Shown here piece by piece: positions 51,126 to 58,907 of a DNA stretch of 58,907 bases (position 1 is its first letter; each line of letters begins with the position of its first letter). Made by a program: the position numbers and the translations under genes. Location: the IMG/VR virus record IMGVR_UViG_3300032237_000741, positions 1 to 58,907 of that record, one strand, 5' to 3'. A model generated the notes under the pieces. It made no database searches. It was not told where the DNA came from and was given only the letters and a program-made list of their open reading frames with translations. Source of the stretch: a virus. Lineage: Duplodnaviria > Caudoviricetes.

Positions 51126-51675
51126 TATGTTTTTAAATATAGTTACGCCATGTAGCCGGCCGGCGAACCTTCATACAATAGCTAGCACAATTACAATTCC
51201 TAAAGAAAACTATAGATGGATTGTTGTATTTGATATGGATGAACTTCCAGACCCTATGTATATTCCTGAAAATTGTGAATGTCATTTACATAGAGATTCT
51301 AAAAGTATAGCAGGACATGCACAAAGAAATTTTGCAGCAAAATTAATTGACAAAGGTCATATATATCAAAACGATGACGATACGGCATTGCATCCTGAAT
51401 TATGGGACAGCATTAAAGATTTAGGTCATGCTGATATGATTACATTTGCACAATTAGATACAATGGGGTATGTTAGATTGATAGGAGATGTAGTTGAGTT
51501 GAAAAAAGTAGATAGTCATAACTTCATTGTATCAAAAGAGTTAGTAGGTGATTTAGAATGGCAAATTGAAAGATATGATGCTGATGGATTGTTTGCAACG
51601 GATTGTGCAAAAAGAAGTACTTCTAAAGTTTATATACCAAAAATATTATCAATTTATAACTGGTTAAGAATATGA
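51112..51675 (+). CDS. GT2-like glycosyltransferase
   Basis: IVTPCSR, QRN, NDDD, ADG; start 51112 or 51127. Confidence 0.7.
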   Translation: MQSNSMFLNIVTPCSRPANLHTIASTITIPKENYRWIVVFDMDELPDPMYIPENCECHLHRDSKSIAGHAQRNFAAKLIDKGHIYQNDDDTALHPELWDSIKDLGHADMITFAQLDTMGYVRLIGDVVELKKVDSHNFIVSKELVGDLEWQIERYDADGLFATDCAKRSTSKVYIPKILSIYNWLRI

Positions 51676-52451
51676 TAACATGTAGATTTAATGGTAGGTT
51701 AGGAAATAACTTATTTCAAATGGCAGCTATATTATCATTAGCAAAAGAAAATAATTGGGAGGTAATGTTTGATCATACTACTTGGGCAGGTCATAGAGGA
51801 GAAATTCCTTTAGACTTATCTATGTTTGATTATAAATTTAACAGAGGAGAATATCAAGCTGCTAATGCATATAATGAAATTGCATTTAACTACAATAAAA
51901 TATTAATTTCAGACGATACTAGAATATCAGGATTTTATCAATCTTGGAAGTATTTTGATAACATCAAAGATGATATATTAAATACTTATTATACGCCTTC
52001 GTTACCAATACAAAACAATTTAGCTAAGTACAATATATCCGAAAACTCTTTAGGAATTTCAGTTCGCAGAGAAGATTATATCATGCTTCAACATAATCAT
52101 TGTGTGCTATCTTTAGAATACTATCAAAATGCTATTGATAAATATTTTCAAAACAATGTCGATTCAATATATATATTTTCAGATGATATTGAATGGTGTA
52201 AAACTGTATTTGGTGCGGATGTAACCTACGTAACCGAAAATGTAGGTACTCAATTATTTTTAATGTGTAAAATGAAGCATTTAATATTATCAAATAGCAC
52301 ATTTGCTTGGTGGGGGGCGTATTTAAACCAATGTAATGGAATTATAGTAGCACCGAATCCATGGTTCGGCCCCTACAACGTATCCAAAGATACTAGTGAC
52401 TTATATTACCCGACTTGGAAAATAGAATCGCATATCGTAAAAACAGTTTAA
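51672..52451 (+). CDS. Alpha-1,2-fucosyltransferase-like (GT11)
   Basis: GRLGNNLFQ, GFYQSWKYF, SVRREDY (HxRRxDY variant), FSDDIEWC, NSTFAWW. Confidence 0.88.
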   Translation: MITCRFNGRLGNNLFQMAAILSLAKENNWEVMFDHTTWAGHRGEIPLDLSMFDYKFNRGEYQAANAYNEIAFNYNKILISDDTRISGFYQSWKYFDNIKDDILNTYYTPSLPIQNNLAKYNISENSLGISVRREDYIMLQHNHCVLSLEYYQNAIDKYFQNNVDSIYIFSDDIEWCKTVFGADVTYVTENVGTQLFLMCKMKHLILSNSTFAWWGAYLNQCNGIIVAPNPWFGPYNVSKDTSDLYYPTWKIESHIVKTV

Positions 52452-53308
52452 TGATTAGAATAGTACAATACATACAACCATGGGAAATTGATGATTTCGA
52501 AAGACAAATTAATCAATTGATTAAATCTTCATATAATATTGAAAATCCGAAAAATATTATTATTGATGTTACTTTAAATTTGGAAATAGTAGATTGGGTA
52601 GCTAGCAAAATGCCTAAAGAATATTTCATTGATAAATTTAATGCATTATGTAAACGAGCACAGACTAGATATTCTGTTGAATATGATATGGATGTTAATA
52701 TACAAGGGGTGACTGATAAAAGAAGATCGGCAGAATCTAAAGAACAGGATTATATTATTTGGTTAGACTCGGATGTATTTTTCCCCACAACAGTGTTGCC
52801 ATACATGGTTTTAGCTACTAAAAATATTGACTCTGAATATTTTATTTTATCGCCGCAATTAATTAGATACTGGGATATGAGTTGGGATGTATTAACTAAT
52901 AAAAAATATTTATCTGAGCCATTTAACCACAGAGATTCTTTCGAGTCATTTAGTTTAGATGTTAATTGCAGCGATAATGAAACTAAGATAGTAGCTAATT
53001 TAGAACGAATTAAATTCGGCGGCGGCTGGTTTAATTTATTTTCAAATTCAGTATTTAAAAAAATACCATTGCCAAAGGATTTAGGATCTTACGGTCCCGA
53101 CGACACGTATATTGCTGAGTGTGCTGTTAGAAGTCATGTAATACAATACATATTAGAAGGTCAGATAGTTACTGAAGTAGGTAAGTTGTATCAGACCAAT
53201 TACATCAAACCTTTTTTAAATGTTAAAATTCAAGATAAACAAAAAATAAGCAATAGTCAACTAGTAGATTTAATTAATTCTTTTATTCTGAAAAATCAAA
53301 AGAATTAA
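52451..53308 (+). CDS. Putative GT-A glycosyltransferase
   Basis: WLDSD DxD motif, GYGPDD-like segment. Confidence 0.55.
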   Translation: MIRIVQYIQPWEIDDFERQINQLIKSSYNIENPKNIIIDVTLNLEIVDWVASKMPKEYFIDKFNALCKRAQTRYSVEYDMDVNIQGVTDKRRSAESKEQDYIIWLDSDVFFPTTVLPYMVLATKNIDSEYFILSPQLIRYWDMSWDVLTNKKYLSEPFNHRDSFESFSLDVNCSDNETKIVANLERIKFGGGWFNLFSNSVFKKIPLPKDLGSYGPDDTYIAECAVRSHVIQYILEGQIVTEVGKLYQTNYIKPFLNVKIQDKQKISNSQLVDLINSFILKNQKN

Positions 53309-53332
53309 TTAAATTTAAGAAATTATTAAAGT

Positions 53333-54487
53333 ATGATATCACTAATAATACCAAGTTACAATAATCTAAAACACCTTAAAAATGCGTATGCTTCGATCAA
53401 GAAACATGCTCCAAGTGCGGAAATCGTTTTGCTAGACGATGCGTCAACAGACGGGACATGGGATTGGATTACAGAAATTTCTGAGACAGATAATAAAATT
53501 ATAAAAATACGTTGTGGTACCAGAGTAGGTCACACAATATTATATGATGTTGGCATACGCGCAGCAACGAACGAAATCGTTGGAATTTTACATGCGGATA
53601 TGATACTGGGGCCTTTATATGTGGAAAACATGATAAAGCATTTACGGCGTGGTAAAGTAGTGTGTGCAACCCGTATAGAGCCGCCGCTGCATCCTGAAGG
53701 AAGAGAAAAGATAATTAAAGACTTTGGAATGGACTTTGACAGTTTAAGTATCAAAGCTTTTGAAACTTACTGTGAATTAGCACAGGCCGAATTCAAAGAT
53801 ACGACTTCCAGGGGCATGTTCGCTCCATGGATTATTTACAAATCTGATTTTGAAGCTATAGGTGGGCACGATCCTTTATTTGCGCCATTTCCATACGAGG
53901 ATTCGGATATATTCCAAAGATGGATATTAGCTGGATATGAGTTAGTACAGTCGCGCGACGCTTTTGTATATCATTTAACTTGCCGAGGTCATAGGTGGAA
54001 TGATAAAGTTGGTGTGGACGACTCTTACTACAAATGGGCTTCTCATATCGCTTCTAGGAATTATATTCGTAAATGGGGAACTTGGATTAAAAATGACGAG
54101 TATCAATATCCAATTATTACACCGAAGTATAACATAGCCTATGTAGTTGAGAGTTGCGAAGATTATGCTTTATTGCAGCATTTAGAACCATGGTGTGATA
54201 GAATTTATATCGACAATAAGATGGGATATATAGAAGCTGAACAGCCAAAAACAAGTTTTGATTTATCGAAAAGGGTTCTTTATATTAATCAAAATGATCC
54301 ACACGGTGAAAATGATATTGTAGTAGAGTTTGATGCGAAACAATTAACACAGCAGTCTATAGCAATACTTCAACAGCTTCCAGAAATCATTACAGAATCT
54401 AATTCAACGGGAGTGTTTGAATTAGATTGTTTCAGAATAACAATAAATTCATTGCAAACTTACGAACACAATTTAATTCACATATAA
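53333..54487 (+). CDS. GT2 glycosyltransferase
   Basis: IIPSYN, DDASTDGT, HAD, IGGHD..F..EDSD, YH. Confidence 0.88.
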   Translation: MISLIIPSYNNLKHLKNAYASIKKHAPSAEIVLLDDASTDGTWDWITEISETDNKIIKIRCGTRVGHTILYDVGIRAATNEIVGILHADMILGPLYVENMIKHLRRGKVVCATRIEPPLHPEGREKIIKDFGMDFDSLSIKAFETYCELAQAEFKDTTSRGMFAPWIIYKSDFEAIGGHDPLFAPFPYEDSDIFQRWILAGYELVQSRDAFVYHLTCRGHRWNDKVGVDDSYYKWASHIASRNYIRKWGTWIKNDEYQYPIITPKYNIAYVVESCEDYALLQHLEPWCDRIYIDNKMGYIEAEQPKTSFDLSKRVLYINQNDPHGENDIVVEFDAKQLTQQSIAILQQLPEIITESNSTGVFELDCFRITINSLQTYEHNLIHI

Positions 54488-54513
54488 TTCAGGCAACAGA
54501 CAAGAATAAACGA

Positions 54514-54759
54514 ATGAGCCAATACTTTATCCTTCTCCCAGGCGACACTGAAAAAGACTGCATCAAAGATTGCAATCGTCTAGGTGAGTCTTCATTTAAT
54601 ACATTTTATGCAGAACAGGGTTTGAAAGCTTTGATGAAAATAGTTGAACAACGACCAGAACTTTTACCAGACACTGTTATTATGAACGATAGAAAACAGA
54701 AACTAACTGTAGAAGAGTTTCTTCAGGAAATACAACAAATGCGTGTTTTACAAAATTAA
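54514..54759 (+). CDS. Hypothetical protein
   Basis: ATG at 54514 within the listed ORF. Confidence 0.55.
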   Translation: MSQYFILLPGDTEKDCIKDCNRLGESSFNTFYAEQGLKALMKIVEQRPELLPDTVIMNDRKQKLTVEEFLQEIQQMRVLQN

Positions 54760-54826
54760 TTTATTCAATCCGGTTCATTTCCGTGATTTTTCATGACAAG
54801 ATATTTATTAATAAACCTATTTGTAA

Positions 54827-55948
54827 GTGAAAAAGACTTTGAAATTAGAAACCGACTTATTGAAAGTATCCGAGCCGTACGGTATCCTTGTTGGAGATAC
54901 TGTGAGAAATATCGATTCACAGTGTCCACACTATCGTTCTGTAGGTAAGGTAGTCGGAGTGGATTTCGATGGCAACATCACTTATCAAGTCTCCAATCAA
55001 GGAGCAACTTTCAAACCGGGAGACCATTTAATTAAAGATTTAACACAGTTAATGAAAATCTTTGCACACACTCCTATGCCAGGATATGGAATGGCTTCCA
55101 ATGAAAGTGTGATAAAAGAGTGTGTGATTGCAAAGCTATCCGTAGATGGTAAAACTATTTTGGCAAAGAACCGAGACCGAGGCTACAAAGCTAAAATTGA
55201 ACTTGTGCATGAATTAATTGATGGAGTTGAAGTTGTGTACTTACACGACAAATTAACTGATTGGTCTGAAGGAATGAATGAATATGGCATTGGCATAGTC
55301 AATGCTTCTTTGCAAGTTGAGTTTGATGAAAAGGAGGGTGACTTGGCCAAACAAAACATTGATAAAGGTAAAGCTCCAAAAGTATCACACGATGGTTTGA
55401 AAATTCGAACTGCATTGTCTAAAAAGAGATTATCAGACGTAATTCGGTCTGTAGTTAATTTTGTAGGTAAAGATATGAAGGATGTAGGTGTTAAAGGACA
55501 AACTATCGTATCTAGTAAAAAACATTCATTTATTATTGAAATGACTTCGAAACATCTTCCGGTTATTAAAACGATAAAACCTGAAGATGTTTTGGTACGT
55601 ACTAACCACGGCATTGAATATCCTGGCACCGGCTACACGTCGGGTGTGAAGCGAGCTTCTTCAGTATCTAGAATGGATATCGCGAAAAAAGAATTGGAAA
55701 AAGTAAAAGATGAAAATGCTGTTCTGGATACACTTTCCAAACAATATACCAAAGACAATTTCCTTAACCCATATCGCAGAAAAAACAAATACAACATGGA
55801 AACGACATCACAACTCATGATGAATTTAAATGATTTAGAGGTTCATCTTCGTTGGGATATTGATTTCTCTGAGTTTGATGGAATTGTTGATAGATTGCCA
55901 AAAGGACACACTCCGAAAATAAAAATATTTGTCAAAAAGACAGACTAA
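54827..55948 (+). CDS. Ntn-hydrolase (C45/choloylglycine hydrolase-like) with a 98-aa N-terminal extension
   Basis: C99-VIAK...LAKNRD, EGMNEYGIGIVN, RTNHG; ATATTTAT at 54801. Confidence 0.7.
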   Translation: MKKTLKLETDLLKVSEPYGILVGDTVRNIDSQCPHYRSVGKVVGVDFDGNITYQVSNQGATFKPGDHLIKDLTQLMKIFAHTPMPGYGMASNESVIKECVIAKLSVDGKTILAKNRDRGYKAKIELVHELIDGVEVVYLHDKLTDWSEGMNEYGIGIVNASLQVEFDEKEGDLAKQNIDKGKAPKVSHDGLKIRTALSKKRLSDVIRSVVNFVGKDMKDVGVKGQTIVSSKKHSFIIEMTSKHLPVIKTIKPEDVLVRTNHGIEYPGTGYTSGVKRASSVSRMDIAKKELEKVKDENAVLDTLSKQYTKDNFLNPYRRKNKYNMETTSQLMMNLNDLEVHLRWDIDFSEFDGIVDRLPKGHTPKIKIFVKKTD

Positions 55949-55950
55949 TT

Positions 55951-55984
55951 TTTGGTTAATTCAAAAATTTACATTAATATTAAG
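55951..55984 (+). promoter_or_regulatory. Promoter TTTG-N20-TAATATTAAG
   Basis: Near-identical architecture at 56181-56214. Confidence 0.6.
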
Positions 55985-56026
55985 TTATGTACGTAGAAAT
56001 AAATGATGTCATTACCTAGCATGAAC

Positions 56027-56058
56027 GCTCTGGCTACGCCAATAGTCAGAGCTTTTTT
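56027..56058 (+). terminator. Intrinsic terminator
   Basis: GCTCTGGCTA / TAGTCAGAGC stem followed by T6. Confidence 0.8.
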
Positions 56059-56180
56059 ATGTCGAAATAGCATTAACCCCAACACAAAACACATTCTGCG
56101 AAATAAAAATATTTGTCAGAAAGGCAAATTGTGTGTTTGTTGGCGTAAACACTGCAATTACATAGTTTCGAAAAATTAAA

Positions 56181-56214
56181 TTTGGTAGATTGAATTTAAT
56201 TCCTTAATATTAAG
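56181..56214 (+). promoter_or_regulatory. Promoter TTTG-N20-TAATATTAAG
   Basis: Upstream of the hexapeptide-repeat gene. Confidence 0.6.
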
Positions 56215-56229
56215 GATAAATAAAAAGAT

Positions 56230-56880
56230 ATGACACAGTATAAATTAACTGATGAATCCGTTGAATATAACGGTAGAAAACTTTACCGTATTGAATTAAT
56301 CGAAGATTGCTGTTGGGGTATAGCAGGGACAAAAGGGGGGTTTATTGAGAAGTTAGATAATCTAACTAATAACGGTTGGGTATCTGGTAACGCTCGGGTA
56401 TCTGGTAACGCTCAGGTATCTGGTGATGCTCGGGTATCTGATGATGCTCTGGTATCTGGTAACGCTCGGGTATCTGGCGATGCTCTGGTATATGATAACG
56501 CTCGGGTATATGGCGATGCTCTGGTATATGATAACGCTCGGGTATATGGTGATGCTCTGGTATATGATAACGCTCAGGGATCTGGCGATGCTCTGGTATA
56601 TGGTAACGCTCAGGTATATGGTAACGCTCAAGTATCTGGCGATGCTCGGGTATCTGGTAACGCTCAAATTGAACTAACTTCTGATTATATGACAATTTCA
56701 TCTTTGGGTGCAACAAATAGAACCATTACTATTACATTTTCAGATAAAATGATTGTTGCTGGTTGTTTCAGAGGAACCTTAGATGAATTTGAAACGGCCG
56801 TTAATACCAAATATCAAGGTAAAGGTAATTATTACCCAACTATCGAATATATAAAAACATTGTTTAACATGAAAAATTAG
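56230..56880 (+). CDS. Phage hexapeptide-repeat (beta-helix) protein
   Basis: KLYRI...GGFIE..NL N-terminus, 16x V(S/Y)(G/D)(N/D)A(R/Q/L), C-terminal AGCFRGTLDEF. Confidence 0.8.
   Translation: MTQYKLTDESVEYNGRKLYRIELIEDCCWGIAGTKGGFIEKLDNLTNNGWVSGNARVSGNAQVSGDARVSDDALVSGNARVSGDALVYDNARVYGDALVYDNARVYGDALVYDNAQGSGDALVYGNAQVYGNAQVSGDARVSGNAQIELTSDYMTISSLGATNRTITITFSDKMIVAGCFRGTLDEFETAVNTKYQGKGNYYPTIEYIKTLFNMKN
56380..56667 (+). repeat. 16 tandem 18-bp coding repeats (consensus GTATCTGGTAACGCTCGG)
   Basis: 288 bp = 16 x 18, counted from the translation. Confidence 0.92.
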
Positions 56881-57023
56881 GTAGATTTTTCAGCGTAAAA
56901 ATATACAATGTAGAAAAACAAAAGAATTGTCTTCATTGGTCACCTTGCACATTTTAGCGACGGCCTGGTTGTTCAATCAGGGTTCGATGATTACATTCCT
57001 CACACATACTAAAAACTAAAATA

Positions 57024-58418
57024 ATGACAAAGAATAAATCAAACTTCGCATTTCCGCTTGCTATAGCTGGAACACATGACCAACTCAAGTTAATGGTTGA
57101 AAAGCTGATAAGCTTGGGGTATCAGTGGAGGAGAAACGACCCATATTGGGATAATAACTGCTCAGACATAGCGACTTGTTTTGATAATGTTATAGGGAAA
57201 CTCGGTTGGGAAACTGAAAAGATCCATATAGCAACTAATTTTGATAATGTTATAGGGAAACTCGGTTTAGTTCATTTTTTTCACGCTGGATACAATGACC
57301 GTCACGTTATATCACTCTCCAATGACTCCGAAGCCTGCATACTAGCATTAGCCGCTGCAAGGGCTGATGGGGTTTATTGTGATGGGGAGTGGGCGTGGAA
57401 TATTGACGAGAATGAACTTCAAAAATGCGTTGGGCTTATAGGGATGATGCCAGAACAAAATGAATGTTTTCGCCGCCCCACCTTTGAAGAAATTGTAAAC
57501 CACTTCGCGGCTAAGGAACAGCCTGTAGCTGAACCAGCCCCACAACCTACACTACTTGACCGTATAAAGTCTGGAGAGGTAAAGAAGGTGGTGAGTGATA
57601 AATGGGGTGTAAGTGAAATAATAAATACAAAGGGGACTAATACATACCCAATTCAAGTGCTTTTCCCATATGAATATCAATGGAAAACTTATACAGAACA
57701 CGGCGCTTACGACATTAATACGTCTGTCTCAAAATTCAACATCCGTCCATACGTTGAAGAAAAACCATTCCTCATGGAATCAAACCCAACTGGTGAAGAT
57801 GCTAAAACCTACTACGAAGCGGCAAAGTTGACAGAAGCCACGTTGCAGGCCGAAATTGACAGAATGAAAAAAGAAATGGCCGATATGCTCGTTACACAGC
57901 AACAGGCCGCTAACAATTGGGCTGAAAGGGAATCAGCCCTTGTAGGAACAATCAACGAATTGTGCGATGAGTGCGCGCAGCTACACGCCAGTTTCCAAAA
58001 CGCAAATTTGGAAAGTGAAAAGCTGAAAAAAGAAATGTTCGCAATGTTGACAATTCAATTTATTGAAAAAGAAGTGTTGCCGGGCTTGCCATTAACTACC
58101 GTTAATGACGGGATTACCAATGAGCAGCTATTGGAAGTACTGATTGACAGGGTTTCTTTTCTTAACGCAAAGTTTCCATGCAAAGAAAACGCTTGCTGCA
58201 TAACCCACATGCAAGAAGCCCTAATGTGGCTGGAAAAGCGTACAACAAAAGGATTAACCTTCATGCTTTGCATAGGTAACAATGGGGGATTATACGCTCG
58301 GTGCAGTAAAAGATACTGGCGTATTTGCCTATGGCGAATAGCCTTTACTCTTTACTTCACCGATTTTGAAGCAGAAGTACGCAACGCAATTTTAGGTTCT
58401 AAAAATAATGGAATATGA
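57024..58418 (+). CDS. Mosaic hypothetical protein containing a Tad1-like segment
   Basis: Several unrelated-looking blocks; GITNEQLLEVLIDR...CKENACCITHMQEALMWLEKR. Confidence 0.55.
   Translation: MTKNKSNFAFPLAIAGTHDQLKLMVEKLISLGYQWRRNDPYWDNNCSDIATCFDNVIGKLGWETEKIHIATNFDNVIGKLGLVHFFHAGYNDRHVISLSNDSEACILALAAARADGVYCDGEWAWNIDENELQKCVGLIGMMPEQNECFRRPTFEEIVNHFAAKEQPVAEPAPQPTLLDRIKSGEVKKVVSDKWGVSEIINTKGTNTYPIQVLFPYEYQWKTYTEHGAYDINTSVSKFNIRPYVEEKPFLMESNPTGEDAKTYYEAAKLTEATLQAEIDRMKKEMADMLVTQQQAANNWAERESALVGTINELCDECAQLHASFQNANLESEKLKKEMFAMLTIQFIEKEVLPGLPLTTVNDGITNEQLLEVLIDRVSFLNAKFPCKENACCITHMQEALMWLEKRTTKGLTFMLCIGNNGGLYARCSKRYWRICLWRIAFTLYFTDFEAEVRNAILGSKNNGI
57179..57267 (+). repeat. 29-bp direct repeat at 60-bp spacing (FDNVIGKLG twice)
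   Basis: TTTTGATAATGTTATAGGGAAACTCGGTT at 57179 and 57239. Confidence 0.9.
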
Positions 58419-58903
58419 TAAACCAAAACAGCCTGAGAGTGGGCAATGTATTGGAGTTTGAAGGAAGGTATGTAGAGGTAAAAACTATTGACCCTGCGCA
58501 TGTATACACAGTAATTGAAAATGGGGAGCAACATAAGACATGTACTATTGGGATTAATGACGATAAAATATTTGGAGGAATTGGAAGAAGATGGGCAAGT
58601 AAGTTCAACCCAATTCCCCTCACGCCAGAATTGCTGGTGAAGTTGGGAGCAACGGAAACCGAAACACCAGTAAGGAACATCTATTCTTTGGCATTGCCAA
58701 TTCAAGATTGCGATGTAATGACTTATATAAGCTGTTGGGAAGGTTTTACTGGTATTGGCCAACACGCGGTTAATATTAATGATTGGAATGGGGTTGTTTT
58801 ACCACTTTCAATCCAATACCTCCACGACCTTCAAAACCTGTACTACTGCCTAAGTGGTGGTGTAGAACTTGACGTTACTAATCTTTTAAAATCAGAGCAA
58901 TGA
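58415..58903 (+). CDS. Hypothetical Bacteroidota-phage-type protein
   Basis: LRVGN...PIPLTPELL.KLG...IQYLHDLQNLYY.L.G.EL pattern. Confidence 0.7.
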   Translation: MINQNSLRVGNVLEFEGRYVEVKTIDPAHVYTVIENGEQHKTCTIGINDDKIFGGIGRRWASKFNPIPLTPELLVKLGATETETPVRNIYSLALPIQDCDVMTYISCWEGFTGIGQHAVNINDWNGVVLPLSIQYLHDLQNLYYCLSGGVELDVTNLLKSEQ

Positions 58904-58907
58904 ACCA

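Noticed and set aside
56380-56667. Possible CRISPR array
   Set aside because: Contiguous 18-bp coding repeats with no unique spacers
57179-57267. Diversity-generating retroelement TR/VR pair
   Set aside because: Short local duplication, with no reverse transcriptase in the window

Overview
A 58.9-kb, AT-rich, almost entirely plus-strand segment of a large T4-like tailed phage genome. The host is probably a Bacteroidota species: there are repeated TTTG-N19-20-TA(T/A)(A/T)(T/A)TTA promoters and AT-rich leaders without Shine-Dalgarno sequences. In order, the window holds baseplate-like genes; a replication/recombination block (PolA-like protein, SSB, RecA/UvsX, FEN-type 5' nuclease, helicase, NrdBA, dUTPase, PolB, clamp, clamp loader, dNMP kinase, Cas4-like nuclease); a 7-deazaguanine DNA-modification pathway (FolE, QueD, QueE, DpdL-like, DpdA/TGT-like) interleaved with three GT-B-like genes; SmpB, GroES and GroEL; a 16-gene glycosylation island; and a variable accessory end. 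Most notable: two unrelated genes (the 5' nuclease and a GT4 glycosyltransferase) are interrupted early by the same element, a strong hairpin ending at CTT-TGA followed 6 or 8 nt later by a second Leu codon (CTG/CTA). Resuming there restores a plausible full-length protein, which suggests a compact programmed ribosomal bypass (stop-hop). RecA is fractured by an atypically split intein (17-aa N part) around a free-standing endonuclease. All three intact free-standing endonuclease genes have start-sequestering hairpins. All calls come from reading motifs by eye; no database searches were run.
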